Below, in pieces: positions 58,978-64,000 of a stretch of 64,000 bases of DNA (position 1 is the stretch's first letter; each line of letters opens with the position of its first letter). Where the stretch lies: positions 544,001 through 608,000 of the forward strand of contig CAWKBC010000027.1 of NCBI GenBank assembly GCA_963847705.1. Direction: 5' to 3'. The notes beneath the pieces were generated by a model. The model made no database searches. It saw only the letters and a program-made list of their open reading frames with translations, and was not told the origin of the DNA. The position numbers were made by a program, and so were the translations under genes. The DNA is from an uncultured Pseudomonadota bacterium. GTDB lineage: Bacteria > Myxococcota_A > Polyangia > Fen-1088.

Positions 58978-59050
58978 TCGGAACCCTCGAAGGGTTCCGA
59001 ACCTCCCGCGATGGGCTCCGATGGGCGAAGCCCATCTGCGCCCGACGCGC
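58978..59050 (-). repeat. Structured intergenic repeat, copy 4
   Basis: Reverse strand reads GCGCGTCGGGCGCAGATGGGCTTCGCCCATCGGAGCCCATCGCGGGAGGTTCGGAACCCTTCGAGGGTTCCGA. Confidence 0.82.
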
Positions 59051-59110
59051 ATGCGCCCTTGGGTCGACCGCGCAGGTCGGGCCAAAAAGCGCTAGATTCC
59101 CTGGCCCTCC

Positions 59111-60169
<1,059 letters not shown>

Positions 60170-60186
60170 CAGCGACGGTGAACGTT

Positions 60187-60208
60187 TCGATCTCGTCGAC
60201 GAGATCGA
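60187..60208. promoter_or_regulatory. Perfect 22-bp palindrome downstream of the DAHP synthase gene
   Basis: TCGATCTCGTCGACGAGATCGA is its own reverse complement; CGTTTCGATC occurs at both 60183 and 60223. Confidence 0.45.
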
Positions 60209-60264
60209 CGCATGAAAAATTGCGTTTCGATCCCGGCGTGGTTCGATGGACGCGAGGGATCACG

Positions 60265-60504
60265 ATGGACATCAGGACGATTTACCTGCCGTCGGGGGGA
60301 CTGGCGGAGACGCACGGAAACCTGGTTCGCCTGACGACGCCGTCCGACGGGGCACTGGCGGCGCTCCGACAGATCCGCAGCGCGATTCAGGCGGCGACGG
60401 TGGCCGAGGCTGAAGCGGCGATCGGGCGGCGGTTGGTCCCGGGGCTCTGGTGGCTGACCACCGGCGGCGCCAAGACCACGGCGGTTCCGGCCGTCGAGGC
60501 ATGA
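60265..60504 (+). CDS. Small hypothetical protein (79 aa)
   Basis: SD-like GAGGG before ATG 60265; MDIRTIYLPSGGLAETHGNLVRL...; fills the gap before purU. Confidence 0.45.
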   Translation: MDIRTIYLPSGGLAETHGNLVRLTTPSDGALAALRQIRSAIQAATVAEAEAAIGRRLVPGLWWLTTGGAKTTAVPAVEA

Positions 60505-60541
60505 CCGGCGCCCGACCGCGCGCCGGGATATTCTGAGGTCG

Positions 60542-61423
<882 letters not shown>

Positions 61424-61447
61424 CCCGCTCCTTCGGGTTGACGACTC

Positions 61448-61918
61448 TCAGCCGCTGAACGCGCTCGCCGGCAGCCAGCGGATGTCGCCGAAGCCGGCGA
61501 TGAAGCGGGCTTCCTCGATGTCGAAGCGCCAGAAGGAAAAGTCGTGGAGCGCGACCGTGTCGACGGTCCGGGGCCAGCGGGCGAGATAGCGGACACGGGC
61601 GTCGGCTTCGTCATCGGCGCCCACAGGGGACGCGCGTCCCATGAGGGAGAGCCGCGCGCCCGCCTGCGGATCGGCGACGGCGGTGTGGTCGCCCACGAAG
61701 AGGCCGGCCCGCGGGTCGGCGCGGAGGTTGTGGGTGTGCGCGGCGAGGCCCGAGAGCAGCAAGAGGGGCGCGCCCCCGGCCGACAGCGCGTAAGGCGTGA
61801 GGGAGCCGTAGGGCGTCCCGGCGCGACGAACCGAGATCGTCGACAACAGGCCCACCGACTCGGTGGCCAGCAGGGCACGGGCGGCCGCGGCGGCCTTTTC
61901 GATTTTCTCCTCGGCCAA
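61448..61918 (-). CDS. Pyridoxamine 5'-phosphate oxidase-like / HugZ-family protein
   Basis: G.LST......PYGS, LLLSGLAAHT.NL.ADPR.GL, RLSL.GRA, HDFSFWR, ARFIAGFG.I.W; TTG start. Confidence 0.85.
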   Translation of the reverse strand: MAEEKIEKAAAAARALLATESVGLLSTISVRRAGTPYGSLTPYALSAGGAPLLLLSGLAAHTHNLRADPRAGLFVGDHTAVADPQAGARLSLMGRASPVGADDEADARVRYLARWPRTVDTVALHDFSFWRFDIEEARFIAGFGDIRWLPASAFSG

Positions 61919-61964
61919 GGACCTAGTTTAGCGTCGAGCGGGGGGATCGAGATAAAACTCGACC

Positions 61965-62756
61965 ATGGAAGTCATCGTGGTCGCGACCGCCGAGGCCGCC
62001 TGCCTGCGCGCGGCGCGGATCGTCGGGCGTCTCCTGCGCGCCAAACCCGACGCGGCGCTGGCCCTCCCGACCGGGAGCACGCCGCGCGCGATCTACGCGG
62101 AGCTGGTGCGCCAGCACCGCGACGAGGGGCTCTCCTTCGCGCGCGTCACGGCCTTCAACCTCGACGAGTACGTCGGGATCAGGCCCGATCACCCCGGCAG
62201 CTTTCGGCGGGCGATGCACGACACGCTCTATCGATACGTCGATCTGCCGCCCGAGCGTGCGCACGCGCCCGACGGGCAGGCGGCCGACCTCGCCGCGGCC
62301 TGCGCGCGCTACGAGGCGGCGATCGCGGCGGCGGGCGGCCTGGAGCTCGCGCTGCTCGGCCTGGGGACCGACGGACACATCGCCTTCAACGAGCCGACGT
62401 CGTCGTTCGGCTCACGCACGCGCCTCAAGACCCTCACGGACGAAACACGGGCGGCCAATCAATCGGCCTTTGCGGCCTTCGGCGCCGAGCCGGTTCCCCA
62501 TCATGCGCTCACCGTCGGCATCGCCACGATTCTCTCGGCGCGGCGTTGCCTGCTGGTGGCGTTCGGCGCCGCCAAGGCGGCGGCGGTGGCCAAGATGGTG
62601 GAAGGGCCGCTGGCCGCGCTGGTCCCCGCCTCTGCGCTCCAGTTGCACCCGCACGCCACCGTGATCGTGGACGAGGCGGCCGCCGAGGGGCTCGCGCTGC
62701 GCAGCTACTACGACGCCGTCGCGGCCGCCAAGCCGGCCTGGCAACGCGAAGACTGA
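61965..62756 (+). CDS. nagB: Glucosamine-6-phosphate deaminase
   Basis: LPTGSTP..IY, FNLDEYVG, GG....LLGLG.DGHIAFNEP, SRTR, T.GIATIL, EGP.....PASALQLH. Confidence 0.93.
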   Translation: MEVIVVATAEAACLRAARIVGRLLRAKPDAALALPTGSTPRAIYAELVRQHRDEGLSFARVTAFNLDEYVGIRPDHPGSFRRAMHDTLYRYVDLPPERAHAPDGQAADLAAACARYEAAIAAAGGLELALLGLGTDGHIAFNEPTSSFGSRTRLKTLTDETRAANQSAFAAFGAEPVPHHALTVGIATILSARRCLLVAFGAAKAAAVAKMVEGPLAALVPASALQLHPHATVIVDEAAAEGLALRSYYDAVAAAKPAWQRED

Positions 62757-62834
62757 CCGAGACCGGCGAGGTCTGCTTGACAGGCTTTGCGGCGGGTGGT
62801 TGAAGCGGGATCGAAGTCTGAAAATTGAATAAGC

Positions 62835-63014
62835 GCCTTCGGTGCCCATCCGGGCATAAAAGGGAAGCCGGTTGAAGTCCGGCGCGGTCCCGCCACTGTA
62901 AGTGGAGGCCGCCCTCGCGAACCCACTCGACCAGGTCGGGGAAGGGGAGGGCAGCCGCGAAGCACGAAGTCTTTTCGCGCTCGCGCTCCACGAGTCAGGA
63001 GACCTACCGAAGGC
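62835..63014 (+). ncRNA. Cobalamin (B12) riboswitch
   Basis: P1 GCCTTCGGT/ACCGAAGGC; AAAAGGGAAGCCGGTTGAAGTCCGGCGCGGTCCCGCCACTGTAA; GGGAAG; B12 box GAGTCAGGAGACCT; upstream of a BtuC-like gene. Confidence 0.93.
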
Positions 63015-63080
63015 CGACGCTTTTTTCTCCGCGCGGACGGAGGGTGGTCGTCGGTCTCGTCGTTCGAGGCCGACCCCCGT

Positions 63081-63105
63081 CCCCTCGTTTGTGCAGAGCG
63101 AGGGG
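63081..63105 (+). promoter_or_regulatory. RBS-sequestering hairpin (riboswitch expression platform)
   Basis: CCCCTCGTTT-GTGCA-GAGCGAGGGG pairs over the GAGGGG SD, which ends 7 nt before ATG 63113. Confidence 0.65.
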
Positions 63106-63112
63106 ATTTTCC

Positions 63113-64000
63113 ATGCCGTCCGACACGGCGCCCGCGGCGGGGACCGAGACCGGCCGGGCGCCCGCCACCACCGCCGAGATCGAGAGCGCCCGCCGCCGCG
63201 CCGCCCGCGCGCGCCTGGCGGTCGGACTCGGGCTGGCTGTGGTGGTCGCCGGCGCGGTGGTGGTCGCGCTGCTGGTGGGGCCGACGCGGCTGTCGGTCGG
63301 GGAGGTCGTGGGGGCGCTCGGGCGGCGGCTCGCCGGGCGCCAGGCGGCCTCCTGGAGGGACACCGTCGTCGTCTCGGTCCGGTTGCCGCGCGCGCTGGTG
63401 GCGCTGCTGGTCGGCGGCGGGTTCGCGGTGGCCGGCGCGGCGCTGCAGGGGCTCTTTCGCAATCCCCTGGCCGATCCGGGCGTCCTCGGCGTGTCGTCGG
63501 GCGCCTCGCTGGGCGCGGTGGTGGCGATCTCGGCGGGGATCGCCGGCCGCGCGATCTGGACGTTGCCGCTGGCGGCCTTCGTGGGCGCCGCCGCCGACGT
63601 GCTGCTGGTCTTCGCCATCGCGGCGCGGCGCGGGCGGGGGCGGCTCTTCTCGGGGACGTTGCTGCTGGTCGGCGTGGCGGTCGGCGCGCTCAATGTGTCG
63701 CTCACCACCTTCGTGCTGTCGGCGGCGCTGGCGCGCTACGACGCCGGTCGGCAGATCGTCTACTGGCTCTTGGGCGCGCTCGAGGCGCGCACCTGGGATC
63801 ACGTCCTCCTGGGTGCGCCGGCCGTGCTGGTCGGCGTGGCGATCATCGGCGCCCACGCCCGCGCGCTCGACGCGCTCTTGCTGGGCGAGCTGGGGGCCGC
63901 CTCGGTGGGCGTCGACGTGGCGCGGGTGCGGCTGCGCGTCGTGCTGGCGAGCGCGCTGGTGGTCGGCGCGTCGGTGGCGGTCGCCGGGCCGATCGGGTTC
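63113..64000 (+). CDS. btuC: BtuC/FecCD-family ABC permease (cobalamin uptake); 3' end outside window
   Basis: Translated from ATG 63113: VRLPRALVALLVG..FAVAGAALQGLFRNPLADPGVLGVSSGASLGAV, LLLVGVAV, WLLG.L, LDALLLGE..AASVGV, GPIGF. Confidence 0.88.
   Translation, partial: MPSDTAPAAGTETGRAPATTAEIESARRRAARARLAVGLGLAVVVAGAVVVALLVGPTRLSVGEVVGALGRRLAGRQAASWRDTVVVSVRLPRALVALLVGGGFAVAGAALQGLFRNPLADPGVLGVSSGASLGAVVAISAGIAGRAIWTLPLAAFVGAAADVLLVFAIAARRGRGRLFSGTLLLVGVAVGALNVSLTTFVLSAALARYDAGRQIVYWLLGALEARTWDHVLLGAPAVLVGVAIIGAHARALDALLLGELGAASVGVDVARVRLRVVLASALVVGASVAVAGPIGF

Noticed and set aside
62777-62805. TTGACA upstream of the riboswitch as a sigma70 promoter
   Set aside because: The -35 is perfect but there is no convincing -10 at the right spacing.

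Overview
High-GC bacterial chromosomal window, probably Myxococcota (Polyangia-like); this is an inference from the many lipoproteins with long Gly/Thr-rich TGG linkers and the gene content. It holds about 58 genes: a partial L,D-transpeptidase; tethered pectin/RG-I and glucan hydrolases (two GH43, GH53, GH105, GH9); bacillithiol genes bshA/bshC divergent from an exported PIG-L deacetylase, small membrane protein, sodium:solute symporter and exported DinB operon; a bufferin-type RiPP cluster (BufA2-like precursor, MNIO/DUF692, DUF2063); modABC; a signalling island (three histidine kinases, three response regulators, a sigma54 activator and a sigma54 promoter); xylose genes with a sugar ABC transporter; ada-alkA/ogt; ygiQ; a DAHP synthase; frameshifted purU; nagB; and a cobalamin riboswitch ahead of a btuC-like gene cut by the window end. 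I found no rRNA, tRNA, CRISPR array or intact transposase. The strongest signals the gene list does not explain are a four-copy, ~75-bp structured intergenic repeat with compensatory base changes, a possible extracytoplasmic bacillithiol-conjugate processing/salvage module, and many -10 boxes sitting 6-9 nt before start codons, which suggests leaderless transcripts. All calls come from reading motifs by eye; no database search was run.
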